A stretch of 64,000 nucleotides of DNA from an uncultured archaeon (GTDB lineage: Archaea; Aenigmatarchaeota; Aenigmatarchaeia; PWEA01; JAGHBM01), in contig CAZOZN010000003.1 of the NCBI GenBank assembly GCA_964584335.1, positions 137,688 through 201,687 on the forward strand, written 5' to 3'. Both the position numbers and the translations under genes were made by a program. The notes beneath the pieces were generated by a model, which worked only from the letters and a program-made list of their open reading frames with translations, was not told the DNA's origin and ran no database searches. Shown here piece after piece: positions 40,225-49,169 of this stretch (position 1 is the first letter of the stretch; every line of letters begins with the position of its first letter).

Positions 40225-40677
40225 TCAAATCCAGTCTACCTGCATTGCAAGCTCTTCCGGCTGTTTTCCAAATGTCATATCAAGAACATTGTAAGGTATG
40301 TATGTGTAGCCGTATGTTGGTTTTTCTTTTTCCTTTTTTTCTTCAAAACTGTTAACTTTGAATTTATCATCTATCCTTTCTTTTTCCTGCCTCGTTATAT
40401 ATATTCTCGAATGTACGCAAGGGGCATGTCTTATTAGTTCGTCATAAACAGGATTATTACAAAGAGATTTGTCTTTAAGAAGTTCTCCGTATGTATAAAT
40501 TTCTTTTTTATTTATTTCGTCTGTCTCTCCAAGAGTTACCTTTATGTTTTCTGGTGGTTTTTTGGGTGTTCTTATGTCCATAAGGTAAACCCTGAAAATT
40601 TCATCATCTACTTTTCTTGCATACCTCTGTTTAAGAACATCAGTCGGCCTCTCATAATTCAATAAAAAACTTTTCAT
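40225..40677 (-). CDS. hypothetical protein (ORFan)
   Basis: 150-aa ORF. Confidence 0.55.
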   Translation of the reverse strand: MKSFLLNYERPTDVLKQRYARKVDDEIFRVYLMDIRTPKKPPENIKVTLGETDEINKKEIYTYGELLKDKSLCNNPVYDELIRHAPCVHSRIYITRQEKERIDDKFKVNSFEEKKEKEKPTYGYTYIPYNVLDMTFGKQPEELAMQVDWI

Positions 40678-40713
40678 GTAAAAAATTATTTTTTAAATTT
40701 TAAATACATATCA

Positions 40714-41184
40714 TTAGTTCAAAATCCATATGCTGTAATTAAGGAATGCTGCAAAACTGACCCACAAAATGTAAGGTATGAGAAGATAAGCAGCTCTCTT
40801 ATCTATTCTGTAAAACAAAATTATAGAAGCAGCTATTGCTATCCAAAGGAATATTATTTCTATGAATGCTAGAAATGGATTTTGAATTCCAAAAAACAAC
40901 AAAGACCATAAAGTATTGAGTGCAAGTTGAGCTCCGAAAACAGATACAGCTAATTTGTTTTTCTCAAGACCCCTTTCCCATATTAGGAAAAGCGATATAC
41001 CCATCAATATGAACAGCGTAGTCCAAACAGGAGCGAAAATCCAGTTGGGTGGATTAAAGGCGGGTTTGTTTATTGAAGCATACCAGGTAGGTATGCTAGA
41101 AGTCGTGAATATTGAGCCTATTATTCCTGCCAGGTTGCATATTATTACTGATGCTACCAGTCTAATTATTTTTCTCTTTTCCAT
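40714..41184 (-). CDS. tspO: TspO/MBR tryptophan-rich sensory protein
   Basis: WY..I.KP.FNPP.WIF.PVWT, LN..WS.LFFG, PY..W..FA..LN. Confidence 0.93.
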   Translation of the reverse strand: MEKRKIIRLVASVIICNLAGIIGSIFTTSSIPTWYASINKPAFNPPNWIFAPVWTTLFILMGISLFLIWERGLEKNKLAVSVFGAQLALNTLWSLLFFGIQNPFLAFIEIIFLWIAIAASIILFYRIDKRAAYLLIPYILWVSFAAFLNYSIWILN

Positions 41185-41216
41185 AAGATACTTTCCACTT
41201 TATTTTTTAAATGTTT

Positions 41217-41360
41217 TTATTTTCCCAAATTGTTCTTCTTTACGAAAGCCCATAATTTTTTTGTCATTTCTGCAGGGTTCATATCACCAGTACCGAACAC
41301 TTCCTCTAAAGTTTTGTCTTTTACTTGATTGAAGTTTATTTTATAGTTTCCAAATGCCAT
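41217..41360 (-). CDS. 47-aa SWIB/MDM2-like small protein (not in ORF track)
   Basis: MAFGNYKINFNQVKDKTLEEVFGTGDMNPAEMTKKLWAFVKKNNLGK; AGGTGA RBS upstream. Confidence 0.7.
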   Translation of the reverse strand: MAFGNYKINFNQVKDKTLEEVFGTGDMNPAEMTKKLWAFVKKNNLGK

Positions 41361-41364
41361 TATA

Positions 41365-41496
41365 TCACCTTCTATGTTTTGAATAAAGAAAAGTGCTTAT
41401 TCCAAAAAGCACGAAACCCAGTATAATCATTGTCCAAGCCAGGGTACTGTCCAAACCGCCAACTTTATCAATCCATCCGTAAAATTCTGTTAGCAT
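41365..41496 (-). CDS. 43-aa single-TM small protein (not in ORF track)
   Basis: MLTEFYGWIDKVGGLDSTLAWTMIILGFVLFGISTFLYSKHRR; fills the gap between co-oriented genes. Confidence 0.5.
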   Translation of the reverse strand: MLTEFYGWIDKVGGLDSTLAWTMIILGFVLFGISTFLYSKHRR

Positions 41497-41501
41497 AAAT
41501 A

Positions 41502-42233
41502 CTATATTAAATTGCTAATATAAAACGAGGCAAGAATTATTGATACTAAGAAAGGTTGGTGAATCATGTATATCAACAATGAGTTCCTTCCTAAAGTAGT
41601 TGTAAACTTTGTAAAAATATTTTCTATTTTTTTCATACTAAACTTTCTTTTATTAACCGAGTAAAGATTTTTTCCGAAAAAAATTCCCATCAGAACCACA
41701 CCGAACCAGGGAATTAGTGGATAATAGTCAAGTGTCTGGAATCCTTTTGGTATGAATCCTGCCCAAAGAAGCCAGTTAAAGCTAAAACGGAACTGTTGTA
41801 AAAACCACCCCGAGATGAATAAAATTATTCCTAAAAAAAGGTTCAATTTTTTGTATTTCAGAAAGGGATAAGCAATTAAGACAGAAGTTCCTATTAGATG
41901 AAGTATACCGAATATTATGAAATTTTCTCCTGCAAAAATCCAAGTTACTATGGTTATTATTGAACCAAGCGATAATATCTTTATTCCTCTTATCAAGTAT
42001 TTTTTTATTTTTTCTTTTTCACTTTTTTTGCTGATTCTCGAGTAGCTTATTGACAATGAAATTCCTACAATAAAAATAAACAAAAACCCTATTAATCTGG
42101 GAAATAACCACCAAAACAAAAAGCTTTCGAATTTAATGACACCAAAAAGTTTTAGGTCGAAGAAGAAATGGTAAAATATCATTAATATTATTGCAAACCC
42201 TCTCATGAAGTCAATCTCGTAAAAACGTTTCAT
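41502..42233 (-). CDS. DUF1624 / heparan-alpha-glucosaminide N-acetyltransferase-like membrane protein
   Basis: R..EIDFMRG.AI.LMI.YH, FGILHLIG, DYYPLIPW, GRNSL.IY..HQP. Confidence 0.85.
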   Translation of the reverse strand: MKRFYEIDFMRGFAIILMIFYHFFFDLKLFGVIKFESFLFWWLFPRLIGFLFIFIVGISLSISYSRISKKSEKEKIKKYLIRGIKILSLGSIITIVTWIFAGENFIIFGILHLIGTSVLIAYPFLKYKKLNLFLGIILFISGWFLQQFRFSFNWLLWAGFIPKGFQTLDYYPLIPWFGVVLMGIFFGKNLYSVNKRKFSMKKIENIFTKFTTTLGRNSLLIYMIHQPFLVSIILASFYISNLI

Positions 42234-42284
42234 ATTTTATTCTTTGTGGAAGATTTTTAAATAATACAGAAGCTTTTAAATATT

Positions 42285-42584
42285 ATGGAAGTAGCCGATA
42301 CAATAGGTAAGAGAACACTCGGTCTTATGTTTAGAAAGAACGGTGAAATGTTTTTTAGTTTTCCTTTCGATGTTCGTTTTTCAGTATGGACTCCTTTTAT
42401 GAGGTTTCCTATTGACATATTTTTTATTGATGATAATGGAGAGGTTGTTGACAAAAATATTGAAATGGTCCCTTGGAGATTTTACAGACCCAAAAAAAGT
42501 TACAGGTATTTTTTTGAGGCAATGGCGGGTAGATATGAATCTCTTCCGGAAAAGGTAGTAAATTATATAAATAAAAAATTGTAA
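42285..42584 (+). CDS. DUF192 family protein
   Basis: EVADT..R.LGLMFR, MRFPIDIFFID. Confidence 0.82.
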   Translation: MEVADTIGKRTLGLMFRKNGEMFFSFPFDVRFSVWTPFMRFPIDIFFIDDNGEVVDKNIEMVPWRFYRPKKSYRYFFEAMAGRYESLPEKVVNYINKKL

Positions 42585-42593
42585 GGTTTGCTC

Positions 42594-44372
42594 ATGAAGT
42601 TTAGAGTAACAGAAGACTTTGTCCTCGAAGGTAATGTCGTGGCAAATCCTTCTCATGAATTCTACAAGAATTTTCTCAAGAATTATTATGTTATTACAAA
42701 AGATGGTCAGTATCTTTTTGGCTCAACACAACCCGGTAGAAGACCGGATAGAGCATTCTATATGGTTCCTGATGGTTATAAGCTGGGTTACGGTCAGAAG
42801 TATTTTGAAAAGGATATTGGTAAGAAGCTGTTTAACTTGGTTCTTGAATATATTAAAGATAAGGATGTTTTGGTGACTGATGGTGTTCAGGGTGAAAAGG
42901 ATTTTGAAACCGGAATTAGAGTTGTAACTAGCTTGGAAAATCCGCACAATGCCTACATGAGTTGGATGGGAAAACTTATGATGTTTCCTTTTGATTGCGG
43001 AGATTTTTCTTGTTTCAATTATATTGTTCAGGAAAAACTCCCAGAAGAATATATAGGGAGAATAAAATCCTTCTGGCCCGGATACGACCAGAACGAACCA
43101 ATTACTCTTTACGACTTTACAGATATTGAAAAAGACAAGAGAAGAGTTCTCAGCCTTGGTGTAGATTATTTCGGTGGCGCTTTCAAGAAACCAAACCTTA
43201 CGATGACTTGGAACAGAGCTGAATCAAATGGCATGGTTTCTTATCACGCCGGTTGTACAAATAATCGTGTTTTAAAAGGCCTGAGCGGGACAGGAAAGAC
43301 AACGCTCACCCTGGGACCTGATTTGGAGCAAGACGATGCTCTTGTTGGAATACCCGTTTACACCGGAAACAAAGTTTCTTCTGTTATACTTTCCGGCCTT
43401 GAGGCATCAAGCTTTGCAAAATCGGAAGGCCTTAATGAAAAAAGCCCCGAGTGGCCCGGTTTGATGAGTTCAAGAGATGGCAGAACTGTACTTTGTATGA
43501 ATATAGACTGCGAAAATGTTGAATACAAAAAAGAAAAAATCAAAGGACATGAAGTTAATGTACCCAGAGTTACTGGTGGACACGATGCCGGTTCTTTAAT
43601 ACCCAGCAGTTATAAATGCGGTACTACAAACGGGAGATTTGTTTTTTCATTTGATATATTAAACAGTAATTGGGGCAAAAACAAGAACAAATTTTTAGGT
43701 ATAGAGTCTCTTTCTTTCCGCAGATTTGATATAATGGAGCCAATTTTCAGGGTAACGGATTCAAGGATGGCTGTGGCTTTAGACAGTGCATGCGAGAGCA
43801 TAATAACTTCAGCGGTTGCAGGTAGAAAAGCCGGCGAAAGGGTTCGTTCTTACTCTGCGACTGATTTTATGGCCCGTGAGCAATCCCAGCAAGCACTCTT
43901 AAAATGGAAGATATATAACGATTTGGGACTTGACAGCAGCGGTAGCCTGATATTTTTCATAAATAACTCCGGTTATGTCGGCGAGTGTCCACCTTCCGGT
44001 AAAATTGTAAAAGGAAGGGGTGAGAAAATAAGGGTTGAAGACTCGAAGAGGCTGATAAATCTTTTAGAGAAAGACAGTATAGAAAATTGGATTGTTCATC
44101 CTGTTTTTCTTTATCTTATACCAAATCCAAGGGAAGTCGAGGAGAAAGGAGTAAAGAATTTTTCAAAACGTTTCAATCCTATGAGGTATTACACTCCCAG
44201 GGAATTTCTCGATTTTTGCATAAGAGATATAGAAGAGAGGACTTCTTTCCTTAAAATTCTTTTCAGGGGCCAGGAAAATAGGGAAAAACTCGAACCGGTG
44301 ATTAACATATGGGATAATCTTAGGTTGCCAGACCCGGAAGAGATAAAAGACTTTTATGATAGGTATTACTAA
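42594..44372 (+). CDS. divergent ATP-type phosphoenolpyruvate carboxykinase
   Basis: YFGGAFKK, YHAG, GLSGTGKTTL P-loop, QDD, FAK, TTNGR. Confidence 0.7.
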   Translation: MKFRVTEDFVLEGNVVANPSHEFYKNFLKNYYVITKDGQYLFGSTQPGRRPDRAFYMVPDGYKLGYGQKYFEKDIGKKLFNLVLEYIKDKDVLVTDGVQGEKDFETGIRVVTSLENPHNAYMSWMGKLMMFPFDCGDFSCFNYIVQEKLPEEYIGRIKSFWPGYDQNEPITLYDFTDIEKDKRRVLSLGVDYFGGAFKKPNLTMTWNRAESNGMVSYHAGCTNNRVLKGLSGTGKTTLTLGPDLEQDDALVGIPVYTGNKVSSVILSGLEASSFAKSEGLNEKSPEWPGLMSSRDGRTVLCMNIDCENVEYKKEKIKGHEVNVPRVTGGHDAGSLIPSSYKCGTTNGRFVFSFDILNSNWGKNKNKFLGIESLSFRRFDIMEPIFRVTDSRMAVALDSACESIITSAVAGRKAGERVRSYSATDFMAREQSQQALLKWKIYNDLGLDSSGSLIFFINNSGYVGECPPSGKIVKGRGEKIRVEDSKRLINLLEKDSIENWIVHPVFLYLIPNPREVEEKGVKNFSKRFNPMRYYTPREFLDFCIRDIEERTSFLKILFRGQENREKLEPVINIWDNLRLPDPEEIKDFYDRYY

Positions 44373-44509
44373 TTGATAAAATTAAAGAATATTTTTAGTA
44401 CTTTAAATTTCATTAAAATAAGCTGTTGCTTCCGTTCTCAGTCCGCCTAAAAAATCCAATAGTTTTCATTATTATATTTTAGAAAAGGTTTTTATTAACA
44501 GGTGTTTAA

Positions 44510-44815
44510 TTGATTCCGGGATACTTCAGAAGGATAGCGAGAGAAAGGATTAATATACTTCTAAGGCTTGCCGAAAAAAACGTATCAGAACTTCCTGAAA
44601 GAAGCAGGAGATATGTCGAACTCGCAAGAAAGATAGGAATGAGATACAAGGTACGCTTACCCAATAAATACAAGAGGAAAGTTTGTAGGAAATGCAATAA
44701 TTTTCTAAAACCGGGCGTTACCTGTACAGTCAGGCTTCTTCCAGAAGACAGATGTGTTGTTTGGCGTTGTTTAAGTTGTGGAGAAGAGAGAAGGTATCCC
44801 TACAGTAAAAGATAA
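44510..44815 (+). CDS. rnp4: ribonuclease P protein component 4 (Rpp21)
   Basis: IARERI..L, RRYV.LAR, CRKC..L.PG, CLSCG..RRYP. Confidence 0.93.
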   Translation: MIPGYFRRIARERINILLRLAEKNVSELPERSRRYVELARKIGMRYKVRLPNKYKRKVCRKCNNFLKPGVTCTVRLLPEDRCVVWRCLSCGEERRYPYSKR

Positions 44816-44828
44816 GTTAAATGTCTTT

Positions 44829-45176
44829 TTACCATGGAAATGACATAGAAAAAAGAGAATGGCCTTTCTCCGGATATACTCTCTGGTTATATGTAGCTTC
44901 ATCCGTTTTTACAAAATACCAGGTCTCTTTTTCTTTTATTTGAACTTCTTTGCCTCTTTTTGAAAATGAATCTTTTTTGATTATATCGTAAATGTATAAA
45001 TTCCCCTTTTCTATCTCATCTTCGTGAGCTATTATACCGTCTTCATAGAATTCTAAGGGGCTTCCTTCATTTTTTTCTAGTTTTGTATATCTCCTTATTC
45101 CTATTTCTTCGAGTTTTTCTTTCGTTCTTTCAGAAAAGCAGTCACAGTCTTTTATTAACTTTGATTCAATTGTCAT
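44829..45176 (-). CDS. hypothetical protein (ORFan)
   Basis: 115-aa ORF inserted antisense between rnp4 and rps19e. Confidence 0.55.
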   Translation of the reverse strand: MTIESKLIKDCDCFSERTKEKLEEIGIRRYTKLEKNEGSPLEFYEDGIIAHEDEIEKGNLYIYDIIKKDSFSKRGKEVQIKEKETWYFVKTDEATYNQRVYPEKGHSLFSMSFPW

Positions 45177-45272
45177 GTCTTTTATAAGAATAGAAACCTT
45201 TAAATTCTTTTGATTATGAATTATTTTAAGTCGTAGAAACCTTTATAAGTGTATACATTAAAAAGTGGTTTT

Positions 45273-45686
45273 ATGGTTACAGCAAGAGAAGTAGATACCC
45301 AAGAACTTTTGGAGAATTTAAAGGAAAAAATGAAGCAAATGAAGGAAATAGAGCCTCCAGAATGGTCAAATTATGTAAAGACGGGTATGAACAGAGAAAG
45401 ACCTCCACAACAAGAGGATTGGTGGTATATTAGGTCTGCTTCAGTTTTGAGAAAGATTTATATTTACGGCCCCGTAGGCACGCAGAGACTTAGGAGAATG
45501 TTTGGTGGAAAGAAAAACAACGGACACAAGCCAGAGCATTTTTATCCCGGCGGAGGGTCGATAATAAGGAAAATATTACAGCAGCTGGATAGCGCTGGTT
45601 TGGTAAAGACTAAGAAAAGAGGAAGAACAATTTCACCTAAAGGGCAAAAATTACTTGACAACACCGCCTACGAATTGGTGAAATAA
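45273..45686 (+). CDS. rps19e: 30S ribosomal protein eS19
   Basis: PEWS.YVKTG..RERPP, WWYIRSAS.LRK.Y, GSIIRK.LQQL. Confidence 0.96.
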   Translation: MVTAREVDTQELLENLKEKMKQMKEIEPPEWSNYVKTGMNRERPPQQEDWWYIRSASVLRKIYIYGPVGTQRLRRMFGGKKNNGHKPEHFYPGGGSIIRKILQQLDSAGLVKTKKRGRTISPKGQKLLDNTAYELVK

Positions 45687-45687
45687 A

Positions 45688-45960
45688 ATGTACGATTTAC
45701 CCAACAATATTGAGAAAAAACAGCAGGAAGAGCTTGATAAATTAAAGAAGGAAGCTCTTAGGAACATACTTACAAAAGATGCAATAGAGAGGCTTGGAAG
45801 AGTCAGGCTCGTTAACCCGATGTTAACACAGCAACTTGAACTTTATCTTTTGCAGCTTTTACAGACAGGTCAAGTTAAGGAGAAAATAGATGATAAAAAA
45901 TTAAAACAAATACTTAACATGATTTCAGAAGACAAGAAATGGAAAATAAAAAGAAAATAG
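45688..45960 (+). CDS. PDCD5-like dsDNA-binding protein (DUF122)
   Basis: ILT..A.ERL.RVRLV.P, L.QL.Q.G..KI.D..LK.IL. Confidence 0.9.
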   Translation: MYDLPNNIEKKQQEELDKLKKEALRNILTKDAIERLGRVRLVNPMLTQQLELYLLQLLQTGQVKEKIDDKKLKQILNMISEDKKWKIKRK

Positions 45961-45972
45961 TAAGGTGTAAAA

Positions 45973-46146
45973 ATGGGAAAGCTAAAGCACAGGGCAAAGA
46001 AGAAGAGAATGATTAGCATATCTAGCGTTAGGTCTGCTCCTTTTTGGACTCATATAAAGAAATTCGGTCTAAAGAGAATAAGAACAAGAAGAATAAGGGT
46101 CAACAAGGAGAAAAAATGGAAACGCGGCGGCCAGATGCAAGCTTAA
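45973..46146 (+). CDS. rpl39e: 50S ribosomal protein eL39 (not in ORF track)
   Basis: 57 aa MGKLKHRAKKKRM..RSAPFW..KK....KKWKR; canonical position between DUF122 and L31e; AGGTG RBS. Confidence 0.82.
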   Translation: MGKLKHRAKKKRMISISSVRSAPFWTHIKKFGLKRIRTRRIRVNKEKKWKRGGQMQA

Positions 46147-46158
46147 TGGTGAGGAATT

Positions 46159-46641
46159 ATGGCTGAAGAAAGGATTTATACGATACCTTTAAGAGATGCT
46201 TACAAGGCTCCCAGGCCTGTAAGGTCAAGAAAATCAATAAAATATCTTAAGGATTATTTAAAGAAACATCTAAAGACGGAAGAATTTGTAATAGGACCGG
46301 GTCTCAATCATGAGATATGGTCAAGAGGAATAAAAAAACCTCCAAGAAAGGTCAAGGTTGTTGTTTTAAAAAAGGATGAAAAATTTGTTGTGGAACTTTT
46401 TGGTTATAAGCCAAAGAAAAAGCCTAAAGAAACTGCAAAAAAAGGAAAGAAAAAACTTATGGATAAGGTAAGGGAAAAATCAGATGATGTAAAATCAGGC
46501 AAAGTCAAAAAGAGCAAGAAACCTGAGAAAACTGATAAAAAGCCAAAAAAGGAAAAGTCAGTTAAGAAACCTCAGGATAAAAAAGAAGAAAAGAAACCAT
46601 CAAAGAAGAAAGAAACAAAGGAAGTAAAGGTGAAAAAATAA
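46159..46641 (+). CDS. rpl31e: 50S ribosomal protein eL31 with Lys-rich C-terminal extension
   Basis: [28 protein letters not shown]. Confidence 0.94.
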   Translation: MAEERIYTIPLRDAYKAPRPVRSRKSIKYLKDYLKKHLKTEEFVIGPGLNHEIWSRGIKKPPRKVKVVVLKKDEKFVVELFGYKPKKKPKETAKKGKKKLMDKVREKSDDVKSGKVKKSKKPEKTDKKPKKEKSVKKPQDKKEEKKPSKKKETKEVKVKK

Positions 46642-46835
46642 TGGCAGAAAAGAGCAAATCAAAACATAAAAAAATACAAATCTGGAACAAATACGAAGTA
46701 AAAGGAAATGAAGTAAAAAGAAAAGGAGAATCGTGCCCAAGGTGCGGAACAGGCACTTTTATGGCTGTTCACAAAGACAGGAAAACTTGCGGAAAGTGCG
46801 GTTACAGCGAGACTTCCACAAACAACAAGGAATAA
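46641..46835 (+). CDS. rps27ae: 30S ribosomal protein eS31 (S27ae)
   Basis: CPRCG.G.FMA.H.DR..CGKCGY. Confidence 0.95.
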   Translation: MAEKSKSKHKKIQIWNKYEVKGNEVKRKGESCPRCGTGTFMAVHKDRKTCGKCGYSETSTNNKE

Positions 46836-46870
46836 ATAAATTTGTACAGTTTCTTATTATTAGTGATAAG

Positions 46871-47857
46871 ATGATTTGTCTGGGAATAGAGTCTACTGCT
46901 CATACTTTTGGTGTCGGAATAGTTTCTAGTGATGGTAATATTCTGGCAAATGTAAAGGATACCTACAAGCCCAAACTCGGTTCTGGTATAATACCTGCAG
47001 AAGCAAAGAAACATCATATAAGGATTAAGGATAAGATAGTTGAGAAAGCCCTAAAAGATGCTGATATAGAGTTTGGAGATTTGGATTTGATAGCCTACAG
47101 CCAGGGACCCGGATTACCACCCTGTCTTTGGGTTGGTTCCGAGTTTGCCCAAAAGTTAGGCAAAGATAAAGGGATTCCTGTTATCGGTGTTAACCATCCA
47201 GTCGGTCATATAGAGATAGCGAAGCTTGCAACGAATACAAAAGACCCTGTTGTGATATACGTTTCTGGAGGTAACACTCAGGTAATTGCTTTTGCTTCGG
47301 GTAAGTACAGAGTTTTTGGTGAGACAGAGGATGTTGCTATAGGCAATGCTATAGATACCTTTGCCAGGAAAGTAGGACTTCCAAACCCCGGAGGCCCCAT
47401 TGTAGAGAAACTTGCAAGGAAGGGTAGTTACGTTGAACTTCCTTATGTAGTAAAAGGCATGGACTTGTCTTTTTCTGGTATAGTCACGGCTGCAGAGAAA
47501 CTTGTTAGGAATGGAGAAAAGATAGAGGACGTATGCTTTTCTATCCAGGAGACTTGTTTTTCAATGTTGGTAGAGGTTACAGAGAGAGCCGTTGCCCACA
47601 CCGGAAAGAAAGAGGTTCTTTTGACAGGAGGTGTTGCGGCTAACAAGAGGCTTACAGAGATGCTTGATATAATGTGTAATGAAAGAGGGGCTTCTTTCGA
47701 GGCCGTTCCGATGGAGTATGCTGGCGATTGCGGTGCTATGATAGCGTGGACTGGAATTCTTGCTTATAATTCTGGTGAAAGAACAAATAATTACGACCCT
47801 ATTTCGAGATGGAGAACTGATGAGGTAGAAATAAGCTGGATTAGGGAGGAAGAATAG
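46871..47857 (+). CDS. kae1: KEOPS t6A threonylcarbamoyltransferase Kae1
   Basis: LGIESTAHT, HPVGHIE, SGGNTQ, GGVAAN; start moved to MICLG. Confidence 0.95.
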   Translation: MICLGIESTAHTFGVGIVSSDGNILANVKDTYKPKLGSGIIPAEAKKHHIRIKDKIVEKALKDADIEFGDLDLIAYSQGPGLPPCLWVGSEFAQKLGKDKGIPVIGVNHPVGHIEIAKLATNTKDPVVIYVSGGNTQVIAFASGKYRVFGETEDVAIGNAIDTFARKVGLPNPGGPIVEKLARKGSYVELPYVVKGMDLSFSGIVTAAEKLVRNGEKIEDVCFSIQETCFSMLVEVTERAVAHTGKKEVLLTGGVAANKRLTEMLDIMCNERGASFEAVPMEYAGDCGAMIAWTGILAYNSGERTNNYDPISRWRTDEVEISWIREEE

Positions 47858-48245
47858 TTACTGTAACTCTTTTTTCTGTAACTAGTTCATTTTCTGAGTA
47901 AATTTTTACATTTATATCCCAAGGAGAAGATGGCTGTCCTTCTATATATTCTCCGTATACGTTAAATGATTTTCTTCCGGTTGTGGAACCTTCTGGCTCT
48001 AAAGTTGAGTTGAATCCGTATACCTTTTTTCCTCTTTTTTCTATTACAACAGTTTCAGGATATTCAAAAACTACTTGAACGTCCTTTTGGGTCTCTCCTT
48101 TATTCTCTATCTCTATCCAAAGTTTTGTTATCTGATTTTCTTTGATTTTTTTGTATTCAAGGTCACATTCTTTAAAATCTAGTTTGTTTATACACCCACC
48201 CACAATTAAAACAAAAACTATTAGTAAAAGAGTTAGTTTTTTCAT
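47841..48245 (-). CDS. putative lipoprotein
   Basis: MKK + hydrophobic segment + GGC lipobox; beta-rich body. Confidence 0.65.
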   Translation of the reverse strand: MKKLTLLLIVFVLIVGGCINKLDFKECDLEYKKIKENQITKLWIEIENKGETQKDVQVVFEYPETVVIEKRGKKVYGFNSTLEPEGSTTGRKSFNVYGEYIEGQPSSPWDINVKIYSENELVTEKRVTVTILPP

Positions 48246-48296
48246 ATATTAGATTAATAAAACTCTTTTTAAATAATTAATTAGGGTTATTTTTTT

Positions 48297-48899
48297 ATGA
48301 AAGTCATAGGAAGAGGAGCAGAAGCAATTCTTTACATGAGTAAAGGAAATCTTGTAAAGGAAAGGATAAAGAAGGGTTATAGAATAGATGAGATAGATTC
48401 TAGATTAAGAAAAAGAAGGACCAGGTTGGAGTCAAGGATACTTTCAAAAGCAAAGAGGTTTGGTGTCCCTACTCCAAATGTTATGAGAACAGAGAATTAT
48501 AGAATAATAATGGAATTTATAGACGGAAACCGGCTAAAAGAAATGATAATGGATGTTTCTTCTCGCAGGAGAAAAGAATTAGCGGAGGAAATAGGAGAGC
48601 TTGTCGGAAAGCTACATTCTTCAGGAATAGTACATGGAGACCTTACGACTTCAAACATGATTTACAGGGACAAAATATACTTCATAGATTTTGGTTTGTC
48701 TTTTCATTCTCTTTCGGTGGAGGACAGGGCAGTGGATCTTCATCTTTTGCATCAGGCTTATCAAAGTACTCATTTTCTTTATCTGAAAGAGCTTTGGGAT
48801 TATACCATTAAGGGTTATAAAAACAGTTTTGATGACTGTGAGAATGTTTTGAAAAGGCTGGAAAAGATAAGGAAAAGAGGTCGCTATTCAAAGAGATAG
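48297..48899 (+). CDS. bud32: KEOPS kinase Bud32
   Basis: GAEA, K.R..K.YR, HGDLTTSN, IDFGL, RGRY. Confidence 0.94.
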   Translation: MKVIGRGAEAILYMSKGNLVKERIKKGYRIDEIDSRLRKRRTRLESRILSKAKRFGVPTPNVMRTENYRIIMEFIDGNRLKEMIMDVSSRRRKELAEEIGELVGKLHSSGIVHGDLTTSNMIYRDKIYFIDFGLSFHSLSVEDRAVDLHLLHQAYQSTHFLYLKELWDYTIKGYKNSFDDCENVLKRLEKIRKRGRYSKR

Positions 48900-48938
48900 A
48901 GACAAAGATTTAAATATTTCTATAGACCAAAACTTTTT

Positions 48939-49169
48939 ATGATTAAAGAATTGTTCAAGTGGGATGATACAGCTGACAAGATTGAAAGTTCCTCTTTCAT
49001 AATAATAATAATATCTTCTATTCTTACAATAGTTGGCATTTCTGTGGGTTCTTTCATACCCGGAGTTTTTGTAGCTCTTGCAATAATCGGTTCATTTTCA
49101 ATTTTGGTCGGCATATTTTTTTACATAGTAAGCCAATTTTTTAGGCTGATTGTAAAGAAGTCTTCTTAA
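48939..49169 (+). CDS. small 2-TM membrane protein
   Basis: Two hydrophobic helices. Confidence 0.55.
   Translation: MIKELFKWDDTADKIESSSFIIIIISSILTIVGISVGSFIPGVFVALAIIGSFSILVGIFFYIVSQFFRLIVKKSS

Noticed and set aside
44413-44469. 18-codon minus-strand ORF / GC-richer patch between the PEPCK-like gene and rnp4
   Set aside because: Too short, no RBS and no convincing fold
16941-45196. Identical 12-mer TAAGAATAGAAA next to the TATA boxes of two accessory genes (16941-16952 and 45185-45196)
   Set aside because: An AT-rich 12-mer with only two exact copies cannot be distinguished from chance or a general promoter bias
46733-46870. N-terminal extension of Kae1 in the ORF track
   Set aside because: Overlaps rps27ae in another frame; homologous Kae1 sequence begins at MICLGIES (46871)
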